DNA of 64,000 nucleotides from Octopus vulgaris (Eukaryota). Under the pieces are notes generated by a model. It saw nothing but the letters and a program-made list of their open reading frames with translations. It had not been told where the DNA came from and made no database searches. The translations under genes were made by a program, and so were the position numbers. The DNA lies in NCBI GenBank assembly GCA_951406725.2, contig OX597814.1:178188001-178252000 (forward strand). The letters are read 5' to 3'. The stretch's first letter is position 1. Each line of letters starts with the position of its first letter. Shown here piece by piece: positions 40,088-52,821 of the stretch.

Positions 40088-40366
40088 TATGTATATATTG
40101 TATATACAGGATATATATATATATATATGTATAGGTTGCTTACTATTTCTAGCAAGTCTTTCAATGAGGTGTAGGTTCTCTTTTCCACAACAGACGTGCT
40201 TTGGCCAAAATAGATGAAATTGGTAATTAACGATCAATGAAATAATTAAAAGCAAACCGAAGTATATATATATATCTATATATATATATATATATATATA
40301 TACATGCACACACATATGTATAAATATACATATATACATATATATGCATATATAAACGTATATATG

Positions 40367-40405
<39 letters not shown>

Positions 40406-40686
40406 TTACGTATATGTATGTATATTTGTGTTTATGTTTGGGCATCCGCAGTGTGAATATATGTATATATATTCAAACTGAGATAGAGAGAGATAATTTG
40501 TGGGAGAGAGATGATGGGGGAGAGAGAGTGACAGTGTTACACGGGGAAATAAAATATCAAAATAATTAATATAAAATTTATTAGCAAACTTTAGAAATAT
40601 ATATACATGTACGTGTGTGTTTATATGTACATATATACATGAATACACACTCACATGCACGGACATACGCACACACACACACTTGT

Positions 40687-40777
<91 letters not shown>

Positions 40778-40778
40778 A

Positions 40779-40823
<45 letters not shown>

Positions 40824-41666
40824 GGTACAAATTTATGTATGTGTTACACTTATTTCATACAGAAAGTAGTTGAATAGAAATATTTTGCACAATAAAAGGA
40901 ATTAAGAATATAGGTCACCCTCTATTTCTCCGTGTAAATATAATCTGATTCTAGGACAGCTAAAACTAGATTAGCAATCTCCCTTTACTTTACATTATTA
41001 CATGAACACTGAGACACAGTATCCGATTATTTAGGAAGCGTACCAATTCTTTAAATTTATAGAATAATAAATTATATAAGGATTTAAATTTATAATATGT
41101 CAGTTTTTCAAAGATTTATTTCCAAACAACCGGGAGATTGCATTCTTATGGATTTCAAATAAAAACAGTAGACTTCAAGATTACTGATCGTTAATTTATG
41201 CGCAAAAAATGTTATCTAATATTAGGTACATTATATGCTAAGGAAAAAAAATTGTAGCTCATATTCGTCTAGTTTAGCAGTCATTATAATTGCCTCTGAC
41301 TCGTAGGATGTGTTTCTTATGTGTTAATAAAATTATATTCGTAGCATATGCAGTTTTCTGACATGTAGAAACTAAATAGTCGTCGTGCTTGTGATGTATG
41401 AAAATCACTTTGTATGCATTCAAGATGAAATATCTGAGACAAAATAGAAAGAATAAGAATTTTCTTACAAAAATGAACACAGCGTAACTTAGTAGCTTCT
41501 AGGTGTACGCTTAGCCGATTTACCCACAGACAAACATACGTTAGGAAACTGCAAGTCATGAACATATATACTCGTTCACATTTCATACATCCATACATTC
41601 ACACACACACATATAATATTTGTCATATAAATGTGTGTGTGTTTTTGTGTGTCTGTATGTGAACTA

Positions 41667-41707
<41 letters not shown>

Positions 41708-41795
41708 TAATCCAAACAAGAAAGCACAAAAAAACACAACAACGCGAGGACGTGGAACAAATATAGTATCATTGGACGCTCAGGAAAGAAGGAGG

Positions 41796-41830
41796 GTTTA
41801 ACGTTTCGAGCGGAGCTCTTCGTCGGAAAC
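41796..41830 (-). ncRNA. Minimal hammerhead motif (variant core CCGACGA)
   Basis: guuu-ccgacga-a-gagc-ucc-gcuc-gaa-acgu-u-aaac. Confidence 0.72.
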
Positions 41831-41997
41831 ATAAGAGAAGGAAATATCCAGAGAAGGGAATACAGAGGGGAAAAAATCGCCAACGGTACACACGCGGTAT
41901 ATATGTATAGGGTGAGAGTTCACGGAAAAAAACGAATGACGAAGACAGGTGGTGTAGAAAGCAGATGTATTAGTATAACGCTCAGGAATTGAAAAAG

Positions 41998-42034
41998 TAT
42001 TTTGCGTTTCGAGCGTACGCTCTTCTACAGAAAG
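41998..42034 (-). ncRNA. Minimal hammerhead motif (core CUGUAGA; cleavage-site U mutated)
   Basis: cuuu-cuguaga-a-gagc-guac-gcuc-gaa-acgc-a-aaa; probably inactive. Confidence 0.6.
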
Positions 42035-42141
42035 GGACAGAGAAAAAAAAACAAAAAGAGAAACAAAGAGAGAAAAAATATATGTAGTTGCTACCGATCT
42101 ATCATAAGTTTACACACACACAAACACATGCATACATGCAT

Positions 42142-42172
<31 letters not shown>

Positions 42173-42250
42173 TACATTTATATATATGCGAATTTTCAGT
42201 GTGTATCGATATGTGTAAACACTGAGTACTTGTTGGTAGATAAAGATAAA

Positions 42251-42295
<45 letters not shown>

Positions 42296-45200
42296 TTACC
42301 TTTATCTCCCAAGAAGTACTCAATGTTTACACATATCGATACACACTAAGAATTCGCTTTCCAAAATATTTGATTAAATATTTCATTTGATGTTCACACA
42401 TATGCCAAACTTCAACACACAAACACTTAAAGAAAAACGTACAACCTAATGCAAACATACGAACAGATGCAACCACAAGTGCTCACTCATGCAACATATA
42501 TAAAGGAGACAATAAAACAACCAAACATAACAGTATCCTCATGAGAATTCCCAAATTCTCCATTCATTTAATAGATGATAATGGAAAATAAAATAAAAAC
42601 CCGTTATCAAGGGTAAATGGAGAATACGGATGTAAAGTATCGCAGTGGACAAATGTAGAATATATTAGTTTTGGATATAAAAAATATGTTTTTTTCTTTT
42701 AAGAAAGAAATATTTTTTTTACGAAAGAAATATATTACTAGAATAAAATGACAAAATCATTATGACGAGAATAATCTTAAGACAAACACATTAACGTTAA
42801 CAATATACTATCACAGATGTGATAATAAAACTAAAAATATTAATCATAGTTATAAACATGTTCAATAGCATATGTTCTACAGAAACGGAAGAAATATTAA
42901 ATCAACATCCTGAATGAAAAATTCAATTATTTTTCTGTGTAGTATTAGTGTCTTCCATATCTTTTACAAACAGATACAAAATGAAACGAGTATATGTATC
43001 CATATACATTCACACATGTAGTGCTAACACTCATGTATGTGCACTACATGTGTGTATGTGTATGTATGTGTGTGTGTCTATATGTGTTTGAGTTGCCTGT
43101 GTATGGATAGACATAAACGAAATATATATGTAAACATGCATCATATTTTCCAGTTTTGGTGTTTATTCATGTGTGCGCGAAGGTGTATATTTATATATGT
43201 GTGTGTATGAGTTTAGTGTGTATATACATGTATGCATGTATATACATACATATACATACACACACATATGCATACACACATATACATACATTTACATACA
43301 CATATATGCATACACACATATACATACACACATACATACATGCATACACACACATACATACACACACACATACATACACACACTCATACATACATATATA
43401 CATATATATATATGTCTCTATATATATATATATATATATATACACTCACACTCGCATAGACACATAATATGTTTATACGTATGTGTGTGAGAGTGTGTAT
43501 GTGCGTGAGTGTGTGCAAATAAATTCAGATGAACATCGGCATATTCTATGTATCTGACTTTGTGTGCGCATTTTTCTGCGTAAATGTTTGTTTGCGTATA
43601 CGTGTGCGCGCATAATTAGATAATCAATATGAAAGTGACTGAAGAAATGGGATTTCTCGGAGAGAAAGGAATAGTGGAAGAATTCTGGACTAGCAGACAG
43701 GAATATATCGCTGGCTCGATTTCCTCTCGTCAAAAGAACTCTCATAATGAAGCTCATTGACAACAACAGACAGCAATAAATACACAAACGTAAATATCAA
43801 TAAAGATAAAAATAGTCATGACAAGGGAAGAGCCAAAAGAATGATAACAACAACAACAACAACGATGACAACAACAATAGTAGTAGTAATAATAATAATA
43901 ATAATGATGATAATAATAATGATAATAATAAAATTTATGCAACAATAACAAGAAATGTATTGACAAACTATGAAAACGCGAAGCACTCTTTTATAGCAAT
44001 GTGCTAGTTGTACAAAAACCACTACAATAATAGCAACAAAGCTGAAATTATCACTACCAGATCTAGTAACAACAGCCAGAAAAAGAGCAGCGAGCAGAAC
44101 AGAACAACAAATCTTCGAGACAGGAAGACATGAACAGAGAAAACGGCAACAACGAAAATAACATAATTCGACTATAATTAACAATGGTTGTTTTGAGTGG
44201 ACTATATTTACTGTTCTCAATCATTAGAGATATTTATATAAGTAAATGATCTAAATCATGTCAACTTAATATCTACAGCCCCTAAGCAAAACACTGTGTC
44301 CTTTTCACTGCATAATACCACCTATTGAAATCTCTGGAATATAATTCTGGAATCTGATTAGAATTCCAACTGTTCTATGCGAAGCTTATCTCCCGGTAAA
44401 TGTGGTCCACACTTCACCATTCAAAAACGTCTAAGATGGTGACCAACGCATTCAGCTTAGTCACTCAACCAAATCCCATAACTGCACTCCACCGCATAAT
44501 GTGTATCTGCCGCTCTAATGCATCAATACAGGCGCTGAGTGAAAGCTTTTTCATCTCCAAGATATCTGGTGAACACGGTGTTCCTTGAAAAGATATGTTA
44601 CAGCTTTAAAGAATTCTAATACCACCTATTCTTGAATCAAGCAGCAAAGGTTCAATGGGGAAAATATTTACATTTGGTGTGCAGATGCCATGAACTCTAC
44701 TAGAAACTTCTCAAGGGTGCGTCTCTTCAAGCCGCCTTCTCCTCCTCCGCTCTCAGTACATATGTGCAATCACCAGAACTCCTCCGTTCATACCAATAAA
44801 CTGATTCTGATGGCTTCTCTCTAATCACCTGACACTACTCCTGTCACACCCTGCTGCTATTCTGCTCTCTCTCTCTCGCTCTCACTGCCTGTCTGTTTTT
44901 CTCTCTCTCTCTCTCTCTCACACACACATACACCCCCCTCTCTCTCTCACACACATACACACACACACTCTCTCTCTCATATGCACGCATATTGGTTCTC
45001 TATGAGAGAGAAAGAACAAGAAAATAACTGCAAAATCTTCAAAACTCACCCTACATCTCGCGCAAAGGCGTGACACTTTGCATAGGGACATTATAGAGAG
45101 CCTCAACATCAATAAAGATCCGTGTGCGTACGACTAAAAGGCAATTGATGAACAATTGGTTATCACTGATCTAGAGCTGATCGATCAAGTTTTTGATGAC

Positions 45201-45372
45201 ATAAACGTCTTATACTCTCTGTCTCGCGGAGAAAAAGGCTAGTCAATAAAATTCAATTAGATTTTTCCGATTCAAGATTTTAAATCAAAACTATCCAGTA
45301 AAAAACAGTGTCTCCCTTAGTATCCACAATCTTAACCTAGTAGTCCCATTTACCATTCAATATATTAAGCAG

Positions 45373-45955
45373 CAGGGCGGCGGGCTGGTAGAAACGTTAG
45401 CACACCAGGCGAAATGCTTAGCGGTATTTCGTCTGCGTTACGTTGTGAGTTCAAATTCCGCCGAGGTCGACTTTGCCTTTCATCCTTTCGGGGTCGATAA
45501 ATTAAGTACCAGCTACGCACTGGGGTCGATGTAATCGACTTAATACCTATGTCTGTCCTTGTTTGTCCCCTCTGTGTTTAGCCCCTTGTGGGTAATAAAG
45601 AAATAGGTATTTCGTCAGCTGCTACGTTCTGAGCTTAAATTCCGCCGAGTTCGACTTTACCTGTCGTCCTTTCGGGGTCGATAAATTAAGTACCAGTTGC
45701 ACACTGGCGTCGATATAATCAGCTTAATTCGTGTGTGTGTCCTTGTTTGTCCCCTCTGTGTTTAGCCCCTTGTGGGTATTAAAGAAAAAGGTTTTACGTC
45801 TGCCGCTACGTTCTAAGTTCAAATTCCGCCGATGTCGACTTTGTCTTTCATATTTTCAGAGTCAATAGATTAAGTACCAGTTGCGTATTGGGGTCGATCT
45901 AATTGACTGCACCCCCTCCAAAATTTTGGGCGTTGTGCTTAGAGTAGAAAAGAAT
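45373..45955 (+). mobile_element. Nin-like SINE trimer; the last unit has the older short tail
   Basis: Junctions at about 45607 and 45790; the final unit ends ccccctccaaaattttgggcgttgtgcttagagtagaaaagaat. Confidence 0.92.
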
Positions 45956-46239
45956 ATTTTAAGCATGCTTTTATGATCAAAGGTTATTGATGTTTTTGCA
46001 AGTCATGAGTATACATCGTATATTTTCCGTAGTAAGCTAATAAATGGCGAGGTATTGTGTAAATTTGCATGAACCAGACAAAACGCCTTTTAGCATATAG
46101 TTACATATGATTTACGCCCTGACACCAAGTCCGACCGGAGCCAACCTTATTTTCCTTATTCTGAAGTACATACAATAATTATATTGAAGTATCTAATCGA
46201 TACACTCGGAGACGATATATCAATTCTATAAAGGACTTA

Positions 46240-47130
46240 TATCTAGCGTCCGTTTAAGAAATTTTTTTCTGCGTATTTTGTATGTTTGTGTCGAAGATTT
46301 TTGTCATCTAAGTATATAATCAACCTGTCTAATAAAATCATAAACGGAGTATTAGATAGAGATGTTGTAAAAGAAACAATAACACAATAGAAAGCAAATC
46401 TACTATTTGTTTTGATAATTATCTGTGAAATAGTGATATAATGTTTACAGTTAGTATTTAAATAACATATCAATGCTGACGTCAAAATACAGACATTATG
46501 ATCAAAAGCTCTCCAACCTTGACTATACCATCTTGTTGTCAGGCATATTTCGTCAATAACTATATAATTTAATACGCGATTCCAATTAGAAGTCAATAGG
46601 GTGTAATCTGAGGGTACATTGCCAACTATTTTTATTAGATTGAACAGCCAATTAGAGGCAACCTTGTTGGCGATGTAAGAATACGGTTTCATATTCAGAA
46701 GCAGTATTTGGTTACTGCAGTCTGAAATAATACGAACGTTAATCCTTTCTATATTAACCCATGTTATTCTAGCATGATTTATTACTTAAACTCTGATTAT
46801 GAATATAAGTGAAAATGTTCTTTGATCATTAAATTAAATTCAAACTCAGAGAAGGGACGGAGTCCTTGGAGTTTCTAAGAAATTATAAGAACTTTAGTTG
46901 TACTGTGGCTGCTTTTTATAAACAGATGAATATTGGGAAAACAAATGCTCAAAACCTAAGACCCCAAAATGAATATTTGTCCCTTCTTATAACTTGACAG
47001 CTGGATGTTTAGCTCTTTTTCGTTTTGAAGAATTGTTTCTTTATTGCTTGCAATCCCGTAGTTGCTGAAACACCGCCACATTCTATTATAAAGAAGCAAA
47101 ATATGTCATTCTATCATAAAAGTTCATTTA
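46240..47130 (-). mobile_element. Highly decayed LINE RT remnant (I/Nimb-like)
   Basis: ILLLYNRMW, FIK..HSTT, NWLFNLIKIVGNVPSD, YSQG in the expected order; weak. Confidence 0.35.
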
Positions 47131-47923
47131 AATGGTTTCTCCTCCGTACATATTTTTTGGAAAATTGCTACAATACATTGAACACACGATTTCATTGATG
47201 CACATTTTACCTATCACAAACTACTCAGCAGTTTACGCTTTGTTATTTAGCCTAGAAAAAACAAGAGCAAATTCTCATCCTCCCATTATTTTCCTGTGTT
47301 ACTTCAATTATTTTCTGTGTGTTTCTTTCGGCTTCATTTCCTTTCTTTTAACACTGAAGGCATGACATGGCAATTTTGAGACCTCTTTCTCCAAAACATT
47401 TCGATAAAAAGCAAGAGTAACTCACACATTCAGTAATTTCATATAGTTCTAATTTTATTTGTATTGCTTTTATTGTATTTCCCTCTGACACTTTTTTCAT
47501 GTTTTTCACATCTTATGTTCCCATTTTCCTGCATCAGTATATCTTACTCTATCTTTTGTTCTTAGCTTCCAAATCGCAAGCTGTCCTTTCAACAATTTCT
47601 CTCTCTCACTTTTCCATCTTACTTTTTCATCTCACTTCCACTTTCTCTCTACACTTTTCCCCACACTAACAGGGTGCATATTCGGTTATCTGTTTATTCT
47701 GTTCCAATTTCTACCCAAAATTTCCTTCAATTCATTTGTTCATCCTTCTGATCATTCCTAAATCTCTAATTAGACATTTATAGTATCGTTGCGTCCCTAA
47801 AAGTGTATTTATGATACAGATTCGAAACTCTAAATTTAAATGAAATATAAAGGTATTTATCTTGTTCTCCCGATATACATGTCTGACATAAACAATCCTC
47901 CGTTCCTCAGTATCCAAAAAGCA

Positions 47924-47955
<32 letters not shown>

Positions 47956-48281
47956 CAAAATCACGTAAAATATTCATTTTCGTTATTTTACATGAAATAT
48001 TAAATTTAAAAAAAATCCAAGTAGGGAATTTGATTTGCAAAGATGCAGAATCAAGAAACAAAAATTAGATAACAAATAATAGAAAAAGAAAAAAAAATGC
48101 CAAAACTGATTCATTTATTCTTTTTATGTAGTCAGAAGAACTAATTTAATATTGTCTAAACATGACGTGTAGAATGGTATTTCAAATATTTATTTCATAG
48201 GATCTAATTAAATAAACAGTCATATTGGAATATTGCAAAGATTTCTAATTTACAAACTATATGCAATTTAATTTCGATATA

Positions 48282-48349
<68 letters not shown>

Positions 48350-48494
48350 ACACACATACATATATGAATGAATGTATATATGCATGTACATGTAAATGTA
48401 AACATTATATATATACATATATATATATGTATGTATGTATACACACATACATATATGAATGAATGTATATATGTATGGACATGTAAACATTATG

Positions 48495-48547
<53 letters not shown>

Positions 48548-49451
48548 ATATACATGTGATGTACACACGAATATAAATGTAAGTCGTAGCTTTATACACA
48601 CATACATGTGCATGTATATATACTTATATATATATATATATATATACATGTGTGTATGTGAGTGTCAGAGTGTGTGCTTGCACCGTGTGTACATGTGTAT
48701 CAGCATCTGTGTCTGTATCTCTATGGTTGTGAATGTGTGTACATGTGTCTATACGTTTGAATCTGTGTATATATTAGCATTATTATCATTAGATCAAATA
48801 ATGAAACCTAATAGAAACTATAGCGGCCTTTTTATATGTCGCTGCTTCCACTAAATATAACTAATAAAATAATAGATGCTTCAGTAAAATTAATAAATGA
48901 CTATTTCACACACGCTCGCGCACGCGAGCACAGCCACACTGGCACACACACACACACAGACATATTTATATTTGATATATGTGCGTGTGTCTCTGTGTGA
49001 GTGTTTGCTTTGGTGTGTGTGTACGGCCTTACGCATTCATATATGTTTGTGTATATTTATTCATCAGTAGTTATCTTTATGGATATATTATTTATATATT
49101 ATATATATGATAATATAATATAACATAATATTATGCATATATATATATATGCATGTATATATACACTATACATACATTCATATATATATATATATATGCC
49201 ATTTCAGCCACTGACCATTCGGACACATAACCCAGCTAAAAGCAACCACGTGGTTTCTGTTGAGACCAGTAAGAAACAATTATGAACTTTTTTATTACAC
49301 TTTACTTTTTAAAATATTTTGATAAGGTTCGTTTTTTCAAGAAGAACCGAAACATGTAAAATTTCTTAGAAAATTAAAATTTATCTTATATAGTGGCGTT
49401 TTGAAACTTTTCTTTTATGAATATATACCCACTCGTATACGAGCTACACTT

Positions 49452-49508
<57 letters not shown>

Positions 49509-49582
49509 CACGCTATCTAGCAACGACTGGAAACGGGTATATTTTAAAAGATGATAATTGAAAATAAATAAGAATTACTTAC

Positions 49583-49661
49583 CTTATAGAATCCATCTGG
49601 TTTAGAATCAAAAAGAAAGGAAAAACCATGTCGTGTATAAAGTCTCACTGATATCTTATGA
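49583..49661 (-). other. Candidate 79-nt (non-coding/uORF) exon
   Basis: Long polypyrimidine tract plus ctag| acceptor and a consensus AAG|GTAAGT donor. Confidence 0.45.
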
Positions 49662-50683
49662 CTAGAAAAAGAAGAAAAAAGAAAAAAAGCATAAATACAA
49701 AGGAAACAGAAGTTGTATTTCTATAGTTTCAAGTATGGATTATTTCCACGTTATTCTGATTGACAATACAATCGTATCTTACTTTTATATATATTTTATT
49801 TACTATGAATCTTATGATACGAGATGTATTCGAAAATTTATATGACATATTAATGACGGCATCATCGGTTTCTCTGGTGTATGTGTGACCTGGGGAAAAA
49901 CAGCGACATACAAATGTCAATGACCTGTATTTCTTCTAATACAACATTTGGAAAGCCGAATCACGACTGAATAATCTATTGGGACTCTCGAGTAATTACT
50001 TAGATTTTAGTTAAATGAATTTGCGAAGAGACATTTTCATATATATGCATAAACTTATAAACACGTACAGACGCATACAGCTATATATATATGTGTGTGT
50101 GTGTGTGCGTCAGTGTGAGCTGCTGTACCGCATGGAATGGAAAAGGGTAAAAAAAATCCTAGTTAATGGTGTAATTATACCATTCAAATTACATAACACA
50201 ATATATCTAAATGATTGAAAAGACAACATTTAATATATAAGAGAAGAAAGAGTCCAATCTACTCTTTACTATTTCAAATATGTGCACCTCAAAAATTTTC
50301 CTCCAGTTTATATATATGTATATATATTTAACACTAAACGTAATGAGAAGCATAATTACAGAACTAAGCCTTATAACCGGCTGTCTATATCCATTAGTGA
50401 ATATGCTTGTTTAATGTTTCACATATATTCAGTATGTATGTTACTGGTTAAATTATTACTCACTAAAATGTTGATTATAAACAGTATTTAAGTGAAATTT
50501 TATGAAGAGCTAATAATTAACTCTACCACAAGTCGTGAACTCTTCATCAGAGTTTACTTTTCATGTTTCACTACGTATGTTAAAGTCTATAGATTACGCT
50601 CTACACACACACAGGGTTACTCATACATCATATATAAATATATTCATGTGTGTATATGTATATTTATGTATGTATTAATAAAC

Positions 50684-50732
<49 letters not shown>

Positions 50733-50735
<3 letters not shown>

Positions 50736-50864
50736 TATTTTATAGAAGGAGCTTCTACAGGACTAGAACTGTTTCATTCAAAAGAAATCATCAGGGAGCT
50801 TCCTGATGATTTCTTTTGAATGAAACAGTTCTAGTCCTGTAGAAGCTCCTTCTATAAAATAAAT
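50733..50864. repeat. Perfect 63-bp-arm palindrome (inverted Penelope-like terminus) within (TA)n
   Basis: 50733-50795 is the exact reverse complement of 50802-50864, with spacer gagctt; the element continues to about 50930, then (TA)n. Confidence 0.95.
50795..50849 (+). ncRNA. Type I hammerhead ribozyme with canonical core
   Basis: Stem I ggagcuuc/gaagcucc; CUGAUGA (50803-09); short stem II uuc-uuuu-gaa; GAAA; stem III acag/cugu; predicted cut after GUA (50841). Confidence 0.8.
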
Positions 50865-50929
50865 TAATTTACTCTGCTATGTATTGAGTACCTTATTTAC
50901 TGTGGTTCACCCCGACTCAACCCGGGACC

Positions 50930-50959
<30 letters not shown>

Positions 50960-50960
<1 letters not shown>

Positions 50961-51390
50961 CGTGGGCGTGCTCTAAGAAGCTTGCTCCACAACCATATGG
51001 TTCCCGGTTCAATCTCAGTGCATGCACAAGTGTCTTCTACTATAGTGTCGGACAGGTCAAAGCGTTGTGAATGGATTTCGTCGAGGAAAACAGAAAGGTT
51101 GTCATACATACGAATATGTATTTATGTGTGTGTGCATGTGCATCTTGGTGTGCATCTGTGTGTGTGTGTGTGTGTGTGTGTATGTCTGCGTTTTTATCCC
51201 CACTATAGCTTGACAACCGGTATTGGTGTGTTTCCGTCCACATAACTTAGCCATTTGTCAATAGAAGCCCATAGATTAAGTACCCGTCTTAAAGAAATGT
51301 ACAGGGTTCAATTCATTCAACTAAAAATTCAAGGCAATGCCCCATGATGGTTGTAGTCTAATGACTGAAACTAGTAAAAGATAAAAGATA
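50960..51390 (+). mobile_element. Diverged CORE-type SINE
   Basis: Homologous to 7447-7852, including the (aaagat)n-like tail. Confidence 0.8.
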
Positions 51391-52192
51391 TGTAAATGTG
51401 TATATATTGACAGAGATTTCAAAAGAGTAGGAAGAATGAAAAAAACAGATATTAACATTCATACGGATATACAGACACGTACATACTTACAAGTAGACAC
51501 ATATAGACATATGCGTACATAGATATACACATACATTCATATATACAATCATGCACACAAATATTAAACCGCGCCCGCGCGTTCACACACACACGCGCGT
51601 GAGCGCGCATACACATATATCACTGTGTTTGAAAGAATTCGTTTGGTCTTCCCAAAATTGTTCATAAGCACTAGCTCCGATTAATTTTCTATTATTTTTC
51701 AGCGTAGAACAATGTATGGTAGACCTAACAAAAAGAGTAAACTGTAGACAATAGACCAAACAGAAAATAAGCATCCAAATAGTCCAGACAGTAAATTAAA
51801 TGAAGAAAAATATCGGAAAAAATTCAACCCAGCATCCTATGGTAGGCTAAATAGAAAATAAAAGCGATGTATGGTAGACCAAGCAGAGAATAAAAAAATA
51901 ATAAAAAGATATGGTCGACGAAACGGAGAATCAACAATCTTTGATAGACTATAAAGAAGATTAAAGCTATCGGCAAAGACCAATCAAGCTATGAAGGTCT
52001 AAAAGTAAAATAAAAGAAATAGGTTGCAACAAGTGGAAAGTAAAGAGTAACATATGTTAGACAAAACGGAGAGTAAACAAAGTATATCATAATATGCACA
52101 GAAGAGCAATGTAAGGTGGCCCGAAAAGGAAATAATCAGCATTACATATGTTAAGGATAATAAACCGGAAGCTACGACTAAATATCTACATC

Positions 52193-52562
52193 TTATTTCT
52201 TTATTGCCCAAAAGGGGCTAAAGATTGAGGGGACAAACAAACGGATTAAGTCGATTATATCGACCCCAGTGCATAACTGGGACTTAATTTATCGATCCCG
52301 AAAGGATGAAAGGCAATGACGACCTCAGCGGAATTTGAACTCAGAACATAGCGGCAGACGAAATACCTATTTCTTTACTACCCCCAAGGGGCTAAGCACA
52401 GAGAGGACACACAAAGACAGACAAACGGATTAAGTCGATTAGATCGTCCCCAGTTCGTAACTGGTACTTAATTTATCGACCCCGAAAGAATGAAAGGAAA
52501 AGTCGTAGCGGCAGACAAAATACTGCTAAGCATTTCGCCTGGTGTGCAAACGTTTCGCCGCC
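52193..52562 (-). mobile_element. Nin-like SINE tandem dimer
   Basis: Same junction at about 52366. Confidence 0.9.
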
Positions 52563-52821
52563 ATTTCTACACACAGTAGATTACTGTACAAGATAATAAA
52601 GAAATGATACAGCAAAACTTTTACGAGATTAATAAAGAAACGAGCATTGACATATAATGCTTAAAGTCGATTTTGTTCAGTGATTTGTTTAAGTTTCGTA
52701 TGATGTTTAATCTATACAAATGACAGGTGTATATAAATAGTTCTTATATGCATGAGCTTAATGATTAAGCTATATACTAATTCTTCTCAGGGTTTCTAAC
52801 ATTAGTAATGGCGTTAATATC

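Larger units (their letters stand above)
41702..42105 (-). mobile_element. Two stacked Penelope-like terminal (pLTR) fragments in (TA)n
   Basis: 41908-42105 is homologous to 12050-12266 (tcctgagcg..atactaatacat..ccacctg.cttcgtc). 41702-41898 is a sister subfamily. Each carries a hammerhead motif. Confidence 0.85.
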
